Part shown: in pieces, positions 1-9,750 of the stretch
How the letters are laid out: the number at the start of each line of letters is the position of its first letter
Numbering within the stretch: position 1 is the stretch's first letter
NCBI GenBank assembly: GCA_030266915.1
Contig: JAJDIZ010000001.1
Coordinates: 9,793-73,792 of the forward strand
Origin: Ruminococcaceae bacterium OttesenSCG-928-D13
GTDB taxonomy: Bacteria > Bacillota > Clostridia > Oscillospirales > Ruminococcaceae
Direction of reading: 5' to 3'
DNA: 64,000 nucleotides
Position numbers and translations under genes: made by a program
Notes under the pieces: generated by a model
The model's database searches: none
Seen by the model: the letters and a program-made list of their open reading frames with translations, nothing else
What the model was told of the DNA's origin: nothing

Positions 1-1142
1 TCGGCCTGATGACCGTTTCCCTTATCATGATGAGCTACATGGCGCCCACCGCGGTGCTGGCCGACATTGCACAGGCTTTTCCCGCCGCCGATCCCACCCT
101 GGTGCAGATGATCATCTCGATGCCCAGCCTGCTGTCGATAGTGGTGGGGCTGGTGGTGGGCCGGCTGACCCGCTGGGTGTACAAACGGCACCTGCTGCTG
201 CTGGCCGTCCTCATCATGCTCATTGGCGGGCCGCTGCCTTTCTTTGCCAGCAATAGTCTGGGAATCATCCTTTTCAGCACCGCCCTTTTGGGCCTGGGGC
301 TGGGCATCCTGGGCACCTGTGTGCCGGGGCTCATCTGTGACTGTTTTGAAGGACAGGAGCGCAGCTTCCTCATCGGCATCCAGGCGGCCTTCATCAGCGG
401 CGGCAGCACGGTGTTCACCCTGCTGGGCGGCCAGCTGGGCAGGCTGGGCTGGCGGTATTGCTTTTTGGTATATTACCTGGCCGTGCCTATGCTTGCTGTG
501 GCTTTTTTTACACTGCCCAAGGGCCGGCTGGAAAAGCCGGAGCCAAGGCCGCCGGGGACAAAGCGGGCCGGCTGGCTTACCAAACCCCTTGTTTACTTCG
601 CACTGGTGGGCTTTTTGTTCAACGTCTTCGTTATGGTGTTCAGCAGCAACATCGCCATGCTGGTGGAGGGCAGGGCCCTTGGCGGCGCCAACGAGTCCAG
701 CATCGTGGCCATGCTGTTCACCCTGGTGGGCATTCCGGTGGGTTGCCTGGTGCACCTGGTAATCCGGAAGTTTGGCAAACTGGTGCTGCCGCTCACGGCA
801 GTTTTGGGCTGTGTGGGCATGCTGCTGTGCCTGGCAGGCGGGCAGCTGTGGGTGCTGTGGTTGGGTGCGGTGTTCTGCGGCGCAGCCATGCAGCAGTTCG
901 TCCCCTCTGGAAACCTGTTTTCGGCCGAGGCCGCAAGCCCCGAAAACCGCTCGCTCAGCATTGCCACCTTCCAGTCTTTCAGTAATTTGGGGGTGGCTGC
1001 TTCCCCGCTCATCATGGGCACACTTATTCCGGGGCCGGATGTCTCGATGCGTTTTTTGGTGGCGGCCGCCGGCTTTGCGCTGCTGAGCGCAGTGGCCGCC
1101 TTTGCGAGACCGCGGGAGCAGGCCGGGGTGCCGCCGGCATAA
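1..1142 (+). CDS. MFS transporter, probably 5'-truncated by the window edge
   Basis: ORF 9..1142 has no in-frame stop back to the window edge. The protein is a run of hydrophobic helices typical of the major facilitator superfamily, and the first helix appears to be missing. Confidence 0.7.
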   Translation, partial: GLMTVSLIMMSYMAPTAVLADIAQAFPAADPTLVQMIISMPSLLSIVVGLVVGRLTRWVYKRHLLLLAVLIMLIGGPLPFFASNSLGIILFSTALLGLGLGILGTCVPGLICDCFEGQERSFLIGIQAAFISGGSTVFTLLGGQLGRLGWRYCFLVYYLAVPMLAVAFFTLPKGRLEKPEPRPPGTKRAGWLTKPLVYFALVGFLFNVFVMVFSSNIAMLVEGRALGGANESSIVAMLFTLVGIPVGCLVHLVIRKFGKLVLPLTAVLGCVGMLLCLAGGQLWVLWLGAVFCGAAMQQFVPSGNLFSAEAASPENRSLSIATFQSFSNLGVAASPLIMGTLIPGPDVSMRFLVAAAGFALLSAVAAFARPREQAGVPPA

Positions 1143-1232
1143 GCATTTCCCCTGCCGTTTCTGCCGGCAGGATGACAACAATGGAAAAACCATAATCATA
1201 TGTGTGAAATAGGGATGCGAAAGGAGAGCACA

Positions 1233-2081
1233 GTGGACAAACTGAAGATTTTGCTGGTGACAGGCGAGGTGGCCATCGAGCACGACTACCGGGACATCAA
1301 CAAAAACCTGCTCAAGCTCATCGAGTCCACCGGGCGGTTTGACGTTCGGGTGACCGAGGCCTTCAAGGGCAGCACCATCGAAACCCTGCGGGACTATGAC
1401 GCGGTGTTCCTGAACTACGACGGCAAGGAACTGCCCAGCGACAAGGTGTACAAGCGCTGGGGCGAGACAACCGAGGCGGCCTTTTTCCAGTATATCTCCG
1501 AGGGCGGCGGCGTGGCCATCTACCACTCCTCGGTGTGGCTGGATGAAAGCCTGCCCGATATGTTCAAAAAGCTGTGGGGCATCTATCTCACCAACCAGTC
1601 GGGCGCCCGGCGCATGCCCAAGGGTGATTTCATCATGAAGGTGATGGCGGAAAGCCCGATTACCGAAGGGCTGGAGAAGGAGATTTTCATCGTCAACGAC
1701 GACCTGTTCGCCGGGGTATCCCAACATCCCGAGGCCCAGGTGGAGGTGCTGGCCGCGGTGTATGACGAGATCGACAATTACCGGGTGCCCGGTTTCCCGC
1801 CGCCCCACCACCCGGTGGTGATGCCCGGCGGTAAGCTGGAAAACCTGCCCGGTGTGAACACCGACCAGCCGGTGTGCTGGACCAACCGCTATGGCGAGGG
1901 GCGGGTGTTTGCCCACTCGCTGGGGCACGACATGGACACCCTGCGGCGCATCCCCTACATGGTGATGCTGCTGCGCGGCCTGGAGTGGGCGGCCACCGGC
2001 AAGGTGACCCTGGGCCCGCCGGACCGCACCGGCCAGAACCGGCTTAGCAAGTGGCCGTACTACGGGGGTGTTGGCAAATGA
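1233..2081 (+). CDS. ThuA-like domain protein (trehalose-utilisation / class-I glutamine-amidotransferase-like fold)
   Basis: ORF 1200..2081. An AAGGAG RBS lies 6 nt before the GTG at 1233. KILLVTGE...GGGVAIYHSS...GRVFAHSLGH resembles ThuA-family proteins. Its stop overlaps the next start (ATGA). Confidence 0.65.
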   Translation: MDKLKILLVTGEVAIEHDYRDINKNLLKLIESTGRFDVRVTEAFKGSTIETLRDYDAVFLNYDGKELPSDKVYKRWGETTEAAFFQYISEGGGVAIYHSSVWLDESLPDMFKKLWGIYLTNQSGARRMPKGDFIMKVMAESPITEGLEKEIFIVNDDLFAGVSQHPEAQVEVLAAVYDEIDNYRVPGFPPPHHPVVMPGGKLENLPGVNTDQPVCWTNRYGEGRVFAHSLGHDMDTLRRIPYMVMLLRGLEWAATGKVTLGPPDRTGQNRLSKWPYYGGVGK

Positions 2082-3031
2082 AAAAGGTGCTTGGTATTTC
2101 CTTTGGGCGCAAGCTGCAAACAACCGATGTGATGGTGAAGGAGGCCCTGCTCCAGTGCAAGCAGGCGGGCCACGAGATCACCTTCATCCGCGCCCAGGAT
2201 CTGGACATCAAGAACTGTACCGGCTGCATTGCCTGTGTGATTGGGCTGAACAGCGGCCGCACCAAAGGGGAGTGCGTACTCAAGGATGACTTTCACATCC
2301 TGGACGAGGCAATCATGGAGGCGGACGCTGTGATTTACGGCTGCCCCACCTACGAGACCTCACCCACAGGGCTGTTCAAAACGGTGTGTGACCGGATCGG
2401 CCCCTCCCATGACCTCGCTTTCCGCAAGGTGGCCACGGACGAACGCCAGGCGGCGGGCAGGCCCCAGAGCGAGCTGCCCGACCCCCGGGCGCTGAAGCCC
2501 CGGGTGGGCGCATTCTGCTCCTGCGGCGGCGCGCTCACCAAAAACTGGCTGGCGTTTATGTCTCCGGTAATGTACGAATTTTCCTTTCCCCTGGGCATCG
2601 ATATAGTCGATACTTTCGATTATCACGGCGGCATGGCCTATAACCATGTGGTGGGGAATACAAGTGTGATCGAGCGGATGGCCAGGATGGGCCAAAACGT
2701 GGTGGAGGCGCTTGCAGCTACCGATGAGGCTGAGCGCACCCGCTGGCGTGGGGAGCATCAGGGTGTGTGCCCGGTGTGCCATTGCAACCTGCTCACCATA
2801 CCCGAGAGTGGTGAGGCGGGCAAGATAGAGTGCCCCGTCTGCGGCATAGAGGGCAGCGTAACGCTGGAGGACGGCCGGCTGAAAACGGCCTTCAGCGCCG
2901 AACAGCAGGACCGCAGCCGCCTGCGCTACGGCGGCAAGCTGGAGCATTGCATCGAAATAAGGGAAAAAGGAGCACCCCCTGGCCAGATTCCTGATTTGGA
3001 GCAACGGCTGGACCGGTACCGCTGGGAATAG
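2078..3031 (+). CDS. Iron-sulfur flavoprotein-like protein (flavodoxin/NADPH-dependent FMN reductase fold) with a C-terminal double-CxxC zinc-ribbon
   Basis: Starts MKKVLGISFGRK (ATG 2078). It has the compact Cys motif CTGCIACx11C typical of Isf-type flavoproteins. The C-terminus carries CPVCHC...CPVCG. It is a paralog of 6936..7895. Confidence 0.65.
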   Translation: MKKVLGISFGRKLQTTDVMVKEALLQCKQAGHEITFIRAQDLDIKNCTGCIACVIGLNSGRTKGECVLKDDFHILDEAIMEADAVIYGCPTYETSPTGLFKTVCDRIGPSHDLAFRKVATDERQAAGRPQSELPDPRALKPRVGAFCSCGGALTKNWLAFMSPVMYEFSFPLGIDIVDTFDYHGGMAYNHVVGNTSVIERMARMGQNVVEALAATDEAERTRWRGEHQGVCPVCHCNLLTIPESGEAGKIECPVCGIEGSVTLEDGRLKTAFSAEQQDRSRLRYGGKLEHCIEIREKGAPPGQIPDLEQRLDRYRWE

Positions 3032-3047
3032 GATACGATGAGAAAAG

Positions 3048-3080
3048 GCCCCGCTGCGTGCCAGTGTAGCGGGGCTATTT
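3048..3080 (+). terminator. Intrinsic terminator-like hairpin
   Basis: GCCCCGCT-N12-AGCGGGGC followed by TATTT, 17 nt after the stop at 3031. Confidence 0.55.
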
Positions 3081-3174
3081 ATGTATAAAGAGCTGGCCCG
3101 GCGGTCAGTGGTGGTGCTTCTTCCCTTGATACATAGTTTTATAAAAATGATTTATAAAATAGGGGGCTAAAGCA

Positions 3175-3203
3175 TTGACTTTCAGTCTTGACGTGTTGAT
3201 AAT
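3175..3203 (+). promoter_or_regulatory. Sigma-70-type promoter candidate for the ROK regulator gene
   Basis: TTGACT (3175-3180), a 17-nt spacer, then GATAAT (3198-3203), about 80 nt upstream of the ROK start. Confidence 0.5.
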
Positions 3204-3287
3204 AATAGTAAGCAGCCAAGTGGGCATATGCCTTACCGGGCATGTGGGGGTGGGCACAGGCGTGCCTCATAGGAGAGGATGAAACGG

Positions 3288-4418
3288 ATGCCGGAGACGG
3301 GGGAAGAAAGGGCGACCACAAGGTTGGTGCGGCTTTCCAACCAGCGCAGCGTGCTGAACACGCTTTTCTATGACGGGCCACTCACCAGCCAGGAGCTTAC
3401 AAGGCGGTTGAGGCTGAGCCACCCCACCATCTCGACCATCACCAAGGGTCTGATGGAGATGGGGCTGGTTGTGCGTGGGGACACCGTTAAAACGATAGAC
3501 GGCCGCCCCCCCGCTAAGCTGCAAATTGCAGAGAATGCGCGGTTTTCGGTGGGTGCCCATGTGACAGGGGGGCACGTACGCATTGCGGTTGTCAATTTTG
3601 CCGGCAATGTTGTTGAAAAGCGAAAACACCCCTTTGCGATAGAGCAGACCGGCGCCTGTTGGCGCCTGTTCGACAGCCTGCTCGAGTCTTTCATAAAGGA
3701 CACCGTGGCGTCTGAGGCGTCTCTTGTGGGGGTGGGGGGGGCTGTGCAGGCGCCGGTGGAGAATGTGGCGGGTGAGATGCGCCTGCCCGGACTGGTGGGA
3801 GACCCCCAGCCACAGTATGGCCTGATCCAGGCCAGTATCGGACGCAAAGTGGTGATGAACAACGACGCGAAGATGGCGGCCTATGCACAGGTTTTCAGAA
3901 AAAAACGTCATAGAGATGTCGTGTTCTTGCTGCTTGGCCGCGAGATTGGCGGCGCCATCATCAGCGATGGAAAACTGTATAACGAGGGGCGGAAAAATGC
4001 CGAGTTTGGGCATATGACCGTGGAGCTGGATGGCAGGCCATGCGCATGCGGCAAGCGGGGCTGCCTGAGCGGTTACTGCTCTGCGCATGCGCTGCGGGCG
4101 CAGGCAGGGGTGGAGCTGGACGCCTTTTTTGCGGGTGTGGAAGCTGACCGGCCGGACTTCTGTGCCCTGTGGGATGAGTACCTGGACTATTTGGCGGTGG
4201 GGATCAACAACCTCAGGATGATTTTCGATACAGACGTTATCATAGGAGGTGAGATGAGCGGGTATATTCGGAAGTGCCGGGAGCGGCTGGACACAAAGCT
4301 GGCGATGAGAAATTCATTTGGCGAGCCGGCCAACTATATGCGGATAGGGGAATATGGTGAGTTCGACGCGGCAGTCGGCGCGGCCCTGTACCAGTTGGAT
4401 CGATTCCTGGAGACGTGA
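3288..4418 (+). CDS. ROK family transcriptional regulator (NagC/XylR-like)
   Basis: ORF 3279..4418. It has an N-terminal winged HTH (LTSQELTRRLRLSHPTISTITKGL) and a ROK sugar-kinase-like body with the Cys cluster CACGKRGC. GGAGAGG abuts the ATG at 3279, so the ATG at 3288 is the better-spaced start. Confidence 0.8.
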   Translation: MPETGEERATTRLVRLSNQRSVLNTLFYDGPLTSQELTRRLRLSHPTISTITKGLMEMGLVVRGDTVKTIDGRPPAKLQIAENARFSVGAHVTGGHVRIAVVNFAGNVVEKRKHPFAIEQTGACWRLFDSLLESFIKDTVASEASLVGVGGAVQAPVENVAGEMRLPGLVGDPQPQYGLIQASIGRKVVMNNDAKMAAYAQVFRKKRHRDVVFLLLGREIGGAIISDGKLYNEGRKNAEFGHMTVELDGRPCACGKRGCLSGYCSAHALRAQAGVELDAFFAGVEADRPDFCALWDEYLDYLAVGINNLRMIFDTDVIIGGEMSGYIRKCRERLDTKLAMRNSFGEPANYMRIGEYGEFDAAVGAALYQLDRFLET

Positions 4419-4476
4419 ATGTTCGAGGCACAAGGACTGAAAACCATAAACAGACGAGGATGATGGGGGACAGAAC

Positions 4477-5277
4477 ATGCTGATACTCGACGCACTGACT
4501 GAACTATTCAGCTTGCTGAACAACGCCGGCGCCGATTCAACTCAACGGCAGATTGCCCAATCGATGGTGCACAACCTGGATGCAATCTCGGGAAGCAACA
4601 TCAACCAGGCCTCGGAAATATGCCACTTTTCCACGGCCACAATCAGCCGTTTTTGCAGACAGCTGGGGTTCGACTCGTACAGTGAATTCCGCAAGTCGCT
4701 GCGCTCCTCCCTTTCTGGTTTCGAACTGGTGGAGTACATGTTTCCCAACAGTCAGTATTCCACTGAAACGATCGTCGAATCATACAAGCGACAAGTATCC
4801 GAGATGTACAGAAGCCTCTTCGAAGGCGTGGCCCAGCAGGATATCACCCAAATGGCCGAGCATATCCACCAGTGTAAAAATGTGGTGATGTATGTGTCGG
4901 CCTCCCACCTGGTGCACTTTTTTTTGCAGATAGATTTTGCGCTTGACAAGCACATTGTGGCGCTTTGCCGCACCGAGCAGGAACTGATGGACGAGGTGGC
5001 GAAGATGGGGAAGGGCAGCTATCTGCTTGCCCTGAAGCACCAGCTTAAGCTGGAGCGCTATGTGGATGAAGCTGTGGAAGCGGCTAAAAACAGGGGCGCG
5101 ATGGTGGGGGTGATCACAAACTCGGAGCGTTCGCCCCTGCGCAAAAGCGCCGACGATTTCATCTGTTTTCACGGCACGCTCTATTTCAGCGATAATCTGA
5201 TCATGGATACCTGCTGCATGATGCTGTCGGCTACCTTCCGGGAGATGTATTTGTCTGACGGGCATTTTAGCAGATGA
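4477..5277 (+). CDS. MurR/RpiR family transcriptional regulator (HTH_6 + SIS domain)
   Basis: The N-terminal HTH (ASEICHFSTATISRFCRQLGFDSYSEFR) is typical of RpiR regulators. The C-terminal half is SIS-like. Confidence 0.75.
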   Translation: MLILDALTELFSLLNNAGADSTQRQIAQSMVHNLDAISGSNINQASEICHFSTATISRFCRQLGFDSYSEFRKSLRSSLSGFELVEYMFPNSQYSTETIVESYKRQVSEMYRSLFEGVAQQDITQMAEHIHQCKNVVMYVSASHLVHFFLQIDFALDKHIVALCRTEQELMDEVAKMGKGSYLLALKHQLKLERYVDEAVEAAKNRGAMVGVITNSERSPLRKSADDFICFHGTLYFSDNLIMDTCCMMLSATFREMYLSDGHFSR

Positions 5278-5350
5278 TTTTCACGCCATGAAAATCATGG
5301 AAGGAAATGTAAAGCAAAACAAGTGATTTAAAAAAAGAATGATGATTATG

Positions 5351-5386
5351 GAAGCGTGGCGCACCGATAGCCGCGCTTCTTTTTTG
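5351..5386 (+). terminator. Rho-independent terminator
   Basis: GAAGCGTGGC-N9-GCCGCGCTTC followed by TTTTTTG. Confidence 0.7.
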
Positions 5387-5457
5387 TTATTTATGCTACA
5401 ATTTTTCTATAGTTAGAAGCATAATATAGATGAGGTTGCTAAAGGAGGCGTCACAAT

Positions 5458-6912
5458 ATGACCAGCTACAAAACAGATGTGTGTGTTATCGCCGCAGGGC
5501 CGGCCGGTCTTGCAGCCGCCATTGCAGCTGCCGAGGGCGGCGCAGAGGTGCTGGTGTTGGAAAAGGCAATGACAACGGGTGGTGCCGGCAACATGGGCAT
5601 GGGCCCGCTGGCCATTGGAAGCCGTCTGGCCAAAAAGAAGATGGTGGACCTGACCGTTGAAAAGGCCTTCAAGATTTTTATGGATTATACGCATTGGCGT
5701 GTAGATGCGCGGCTGGTGCGGGAGTATCTGTCGAAATCCGCCGATACGATTGAATGGCTGGAGGACATGGGCGTCACCTTCCACGATGTGCAGAAGTACT
5801 TTCCATCCTCGCAGGCCACCTGGCATGTGGTGCAGCCCGACGTGGGCGAGCCCGGCCCGCGGGCTGCCTCCACCATGTACAGGCTGATGACCCAGCGCAT
5901 GACCGAATTGGGCGTGAAGCTGATGCTGGAGAGCCCGGCACAGCGGCTGGTGATGGAGGACGGAAAGCTGACCGGCGTGGTGGCGAAAAAGGATGGCGAG
6001 GAGTTCCTTGTGGAATGCAAGGCGGCGATATTGGCCACCGGCGGCTGCGGTGACAACCCCGAGATGGTGAAGGAGTTCACCGGCTTTACCTGGGGCACGG
6101 ACCTGCACTCCTTCCGTATTCCCGGGATAAGCGGTGACGGTATCCGCATGGCCTGGGAGGCGGGCGCCGCGCACACCGACATCAACATCGAGATGACTTA
6201 CTCCATCCCGGCGCTTCTGGAAACGCCGCTGGGGGACATGCTGTTCCACCAGCCCAAGGCCGTGGTGGTAAACCAGAGTGGCGAGCGCTTCATGAACGAG
6301 GAGCTGCTGGAGAACGTGACCTTCGCCGGCAATGCGGTGGCGCGCCAGCAGGACAGCCGTGGGTATGTCATTGTGGATAGCTCGGTGCTGAAATACTACA
6401 TCCGCAACGGGCTGGACGTGCTGAGCGGGGTACACACCGCCAATGACCTGCGGGGCTTTGAGGAAGAGGCCCTGAGGATGATTCAGGCGGGCGCGAAGGA
6501 CCTTTATGTGGCCGATTCCCTCGAGGAACTGGCAGAGCAGACCGGGATCGACCCGGAGGTTCTGGGCAACACGATAGACGACTATAACTACGGCTGTGAG
6601 GAAAAGGACGATACATTCTTCAAAAACAAAGACAACCTCATCGCGATGGATGGGCCCAAGTATTTTGCGGCCACCATGTACCCGGGCGGCTACGGCACAC
6701 TGGGCGGCATCAAGATCAACTACAAGACCGAGGTTGTGGACCCCGAGTTCCGTCCGCTGAAAGGCCTTTATGCGGCCGGTACGGACGCCTGCACCATCTT
6801 TGGAGACAGCTATGTGTTCGTGCTGCCGGGCAATACCATGGGCTTTGCGCTGAACAGTGGGCGCATGGCTGGGGAGCACGCTGCCGACTACGCGATGGAC
6901 ACTGAGCAGTAA
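5458..6912 (+). CDS. FAD-dependent oxidoreductase (fumarate reductase/succinate dehydrogenase flavoprotein-like, FAD_binding_2 type)
   Basis: AAAGGAGG RBS. The N-terminal dinucleotide fold is DVCVIAAGPAGLAAAIAAAEGGAEVLVLEK. GGLxIN-type C-terminal motifs (GTLGGIKINY, LYAAGTDA) are typical of soluble flavin reductases such as the KsdD and urocanate/fumarate reductase class. Confidence 0.75.
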   Translation: MTSYKTDVCVIAAGPAGLAAAIAAAEGGAEVLVLEKAMTTGGAGNMGMGPLAIGSRLAKKKMVDLTVEKAFKIFMDYTHWRVDARLVREYLSKSADTIEWLEDMGVTFHDVQKYFPSSQATWHVVQPDVGEPGPRAASTMYRLMTQRMTELGVKLMLESPAQRLVMEDGKLTGVVAKKDGEEFLVECKAAILATGGCGDNPEMVKEFTGFTWGTDLHSFRIPGISGDGIRMAWEAGAAHTDINIEMTYSIPALLETPLGDMLFHQPKAVVVNQSGERFMNEELLENVTFAGNAVARQQDSRGYVIVDSSVLKYYIRNGLDVLSGVHTANDLRGFEEEALRMIQAGAKDLYVADSLEELAEQTGIDPEVLGNTIDDYNYGCEEKDDTFFKNKDNLIAMDGPKYFAATMYPGGYGTLGGIKINYKTEVVDPEFRPLKGLYAAGTDACTIFGDSYVFVLPGNTMGFALNSGRMAGEHAADYAMDTEQ

Positions 6913-6935
6913 ACGACACAGGGGAGATAACAACA

Positions 6936-7895
6936 ATGAAAGTGCTTGGCATATCGTTTGGCAAAAAGAACGCGAACACCGACATCGTGGTGAAGGAGGC
7001 GCTGTATGGCGCCAAGGCTGCGGGTGCCGAGGTGGCGTTCGTGAATACTGTGAATCTGAAAATAGGCCGGTGCATCGGGTGCGGCGCATGCAGCCGCATG
7101 TTCGAGGATGAAGGCAAGCCCTGTGAGTGCATCATCAAGGATGACTTCCAGGCGCTTGAAGAAAAAATATGGGATGCAGACGCCGTGGTAGTTGGCGCGC
7201 CGGTGTATGTGCTGCAGCCGGTGGGGCAGTTCAAGGATTTTGTGGATCGGTTCAGCTGCCGGAACGACCAGGCCAAGATAGAGCGCGTGATTGCGCAGCG
7301 CAAGGCCAATGGCGGGCCTGAGGTGGACCCGCGGATGCCCAAACGCCGCTATGTGTCCTATATCTCGGTTGGCGGTGCGTCCACCCAGCACTGGGTGAGC
7401 ATGGGCCTGCCCACCATGCACCTGTTTGGCTTCCCGCCGCTGATGCATGTGGTGGGGGAAATAGACGCCTACAGCATGGGCACGCGGGGCAACCCCGCTT
7501 TGGACGAAGCGCTGATGTCGCGGTGCAATGAACTTGGCCGGCGCACCGCCGAGGCGGTTGGAAAGCCGCCCGAAGAAGTGGAGTGGTTCGGCGCCGAGGG
7601 CACTTGCCCGGTGTGCCACCAGATGCAGGTGACCCTGCGGGGCACCACCACGGTGGAGTGCCCGGTGTGCGGCATCGAGGGCAAGCTGCATGTGGAGGGC
7701 GACAAGGTGTGGGTGGATTTCCCGCCGGAGCAGCGCGCCCGCGCCCGCAGCACCATGCCGGGCCTGGTGGAGCATGACGTTGAGATCAAGGGATTTGGTG
7801 CCATTGCGGGCCCCATTATCCAAGCCAACCAGGACCGCCTGCCCGAGCTGCTCAAACGGTACAAGGAGTTTGAGAGCGAAATTGAAAAGGTGTGA
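6936..7895 (+). CDS. Iron-sulfur flavoprotein-like protein with a C-terminal double-CxxC zinc-ribbon (paralog of 2078..3031)
   Basis: Starts MKVLGISFGKK. It carries CIGCGACx10CEC and a C-terminal CPVCH...CPVCG. It lies 24 nt downstream of the FAD oxidoreductase gene. Confidence 0.65.
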   Translation: MKVLGISFGKKNANTDIVVKEALYGAKAAGAEVAFVNTVNLKIGRCIGCGACSRMFEDEGKPCECIIKDDFQALEEKIWDADAVVVGAPVYVLQPVGQFKDFVDRFSCRNDQAKIERVIAQRKANGGPEVDPRMPKRRYVSYISVGGASTQHWVSMGLPTMHLFGFPPLMHVVGEIDAYSMGTRGNPALDEALMSRCNELGRRTAEAVGKPPEEVEWFGAEGTCPVCHQMQVTLRGTTTVECPVCGIEGKLHVEGDKVWVDFPPEQRARARSTMPGLVEHDVEIKGFGAIAGPIIQANQDRLPELLKRYKEFESEIEKV

Positions 7896-7925
7896 AGCAG
7901 ATAACCGATAAGGAGTTTGACCCAA

Positions 7926-9683
7926 ATGGCTGAGAAGCAGAAAATCACCAGAAAAGTGAACCTGAGCGGGGTGCCGGGCGGTGCGGAAACCGACGTTCGG
8001 ATGATTGAGATGATGCGCCCCGCCACCTTTGAACAGTTGGAGGCCATGAGTGCCGAGGAGCAGGAGACCCACCGGTTCCTCTCCCCCTTCAACCCCCATA
8101 CCTATATCGCCGAGGAGGGCATCCTTTGCGAGCAGGATGTGGGTGTGCGCATGCGCGATGGCGTTACCATCTATGCCGATATCTACCGGCCTGAAAAAAC
8201 GGACGCGCCGGTTCCGGTCATCATCAGCTGGAGCTTTTACGGCAAGCGCCAGAGCGAGGGCCGCGGCGAGTGGGCCATCATGGGGGTGCCGCCCAACACC
8301 GTGAGCAATATGGCCAAATACGAGAGCCCCGACCCCGGCTACTGGTGCCGCCATGGCTATGCCGTGGCCAACGTGGACCCGCGCGGTATTGGTTACAGCG
8401 AGGGCGAGTTTATTCAGTTCAGCAGCCAGGACGGGCGCGACGGCTACGATTTTATCGAGTGGATTGCCGCCCAGGCATGGTGCAACGGCCGGGTGGGCAT
8501 GGCGGGCAACAGCTGTGTGGCCATGAGCCAGTACCGCATTGCGGCCCAGCAGCCCCCGCACCTGTGCGCCATCGCCCCCTGGGAGGGCACCAGCGATATG
8601 TATCGCGAGTCGCTGTACGAGGGGGGCATCCCGGCGGTGAAGTTTGTGGGCATGGTGCTGGCCGAGGCTGTGGGTGAGGGCTTCATCGACGACGCGGCCC
8701 TGAACGCCGAGATCCATCCCTTTGCAGACGACCCCTACTGGCGCGACAAGGAGATCGATTTCTCCAAAATCACCCAGCCCGCCTACCTGACCGCCTGCTG
8801 GAACCATTTCCACCTGCGCGGTTCATTCCAGGCCTTCCGCAAGATCAAATCGAACAAGAAGTGGATGCGTGCCCACCGGGAGTTTGAGTGGCCCGACGCC
8901 TACACCCCCAAGTACCTGCAGGAGCTTGAGCTGTTTTTTGACCGCTACCTGAAGCTGGAGCGCAACGGCTGGGAGCTGACCCCCAAGGTGCGCATTGAGG
9001 TGCAGGACGCATTCGACTGCGATTATCAGATCAACCGGGTGGAGGAAAACTTCCCGCTGAAGCGCACCAAGTATCAGAAGCTGTATCTGGACGCTGCCAA
9101 TCGGAGCATGGCGGCAGCACCGCTGGCGGGCGAGAGCAGTGTGAGCTATGATCCCGAGACCGAAGAGGTGTGCTTTGACTACACCTTTACCGAGGAGACC
9201 GAGCTGACCGGCTACATGTCGCTGCGCCTGTGGGTAGAGGCCGACGGCCACGACGACATGGACATGTTTGTGAACGTGCAGAAGCTGAGCACCACCGGCG
9301 AGTGGCTGCCCGTGCATGTGCTGAAGGAGCCGCATCCCGGCGCCTGGGGCAAGATGCGCGTGTCGCGCCGCAAGCTGGACGAGAAGCTGAGCACCAGCTT
9401 CCAGCCGGTGCAAGCGCATCTCGTCGACGAAAAGCTGAAGCCGGGTGAGATCGTTCCGGTGGACATCGAGATCGTGCCGCACAGCCGCATCTGGCACAAG
9501 GGGCAGAAAATCCGTGTGCAGGTTGCCGGCCGCTACATCCGCGAGGACTGGTTTGAGCCGCTGGTGTGGGACACCGACAACAAGGGCCGCCATGTCATTC
9601 ACACCGGCGGAAAATATGACAGTTGGCTGCAAATTCCGGTGATACCACCGAAATACGCCGATGGGGACTACGTATACCGCTGA
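7926..9683 (+). CDS. CocE/NonD family hydrolase (alpha/beta hydrolase, X-Pro dipeptidyl-peptidase S15-like)
   Basis: ORF 7917..9683, with the ATG at 7926 about 10 nt after AAGGAG. YGKRQ...DPRGIGYSEGEF...GMAGNSCVAMSQ (nucleophile elbow GxSxxA) and a C-terminal jelly-roll region are typical of this family. Confidence 0.75.
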   Translation: MAEKQKITRKVNLSGVPGGAETDVRMIEMMRPATFEQLEAMSAEEQETHRFLSPFNPHTYIAEEGILCEQDVGVRMRDGVTIYADIYRPEKTDAPVPVIISWSFYGKRQSEGRGEWAIMGVPPNTVSNMAKYESPDPGYWCRHGYAVANVDPRGIGYSEGEFIQFSSQDGRDGYDFIEWIAAQAWCNGRVGMAGNSCVAMSQYRIAAQQPPHLCAIAPWEGTSDMYRESLYEGGIPAVKFVGMVLAEAVGEGFIDDAALNAEIHPFADDPYWRDKEIDFSKITQPAYLTACWNHFHLRGSFQAFRKIKSNKKWMRAHREFEWPDAYTPKYLQELELFFDRYLKLERNGWELTPKVRIEVQDAFDCDYQINRVEENFPLKRTKYQKLYLDAANRSMAAAPLAGESSVSYDPETEEVCFDYTFTEETELTGYMSLRLWVEADGHDDMDMFVNVQKLSTTGEWLPVHVLKEPHPGAWGKMRVSRRKLDEKLSTSFQPVQAHLVDEKLKPGEIVPVDIEIVPHSRIWHKGQKIRVQVAGRYIREDWFEPLVWDTDNKGRHVIHTGGKYDSWLQIPVIPPKYADGDYVYR

Positions 9684-9750
9684 CGGACCGGCACGGATCA
9701 GGTAATCAAAGAATCACACAGATACTGAAACAGAGAGAGGAGCACAGCAA

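Noticed and set aside
5413-8813. Very long antisense ORFs (5413..7089, 558 aa; 6888..8813, 641 aa) opposite the FAD oxidoreductase, flavoprotein and CocE/NonD genes
   Set aside because: Their translations are low-complexity and rich in Arg/Ala/Gly/His/Pro, with no recognisable motifs or RBS. The sense-strand genes have clear family signatures. Long stop-free antisense frames are expected in GC-rich coding DNA.
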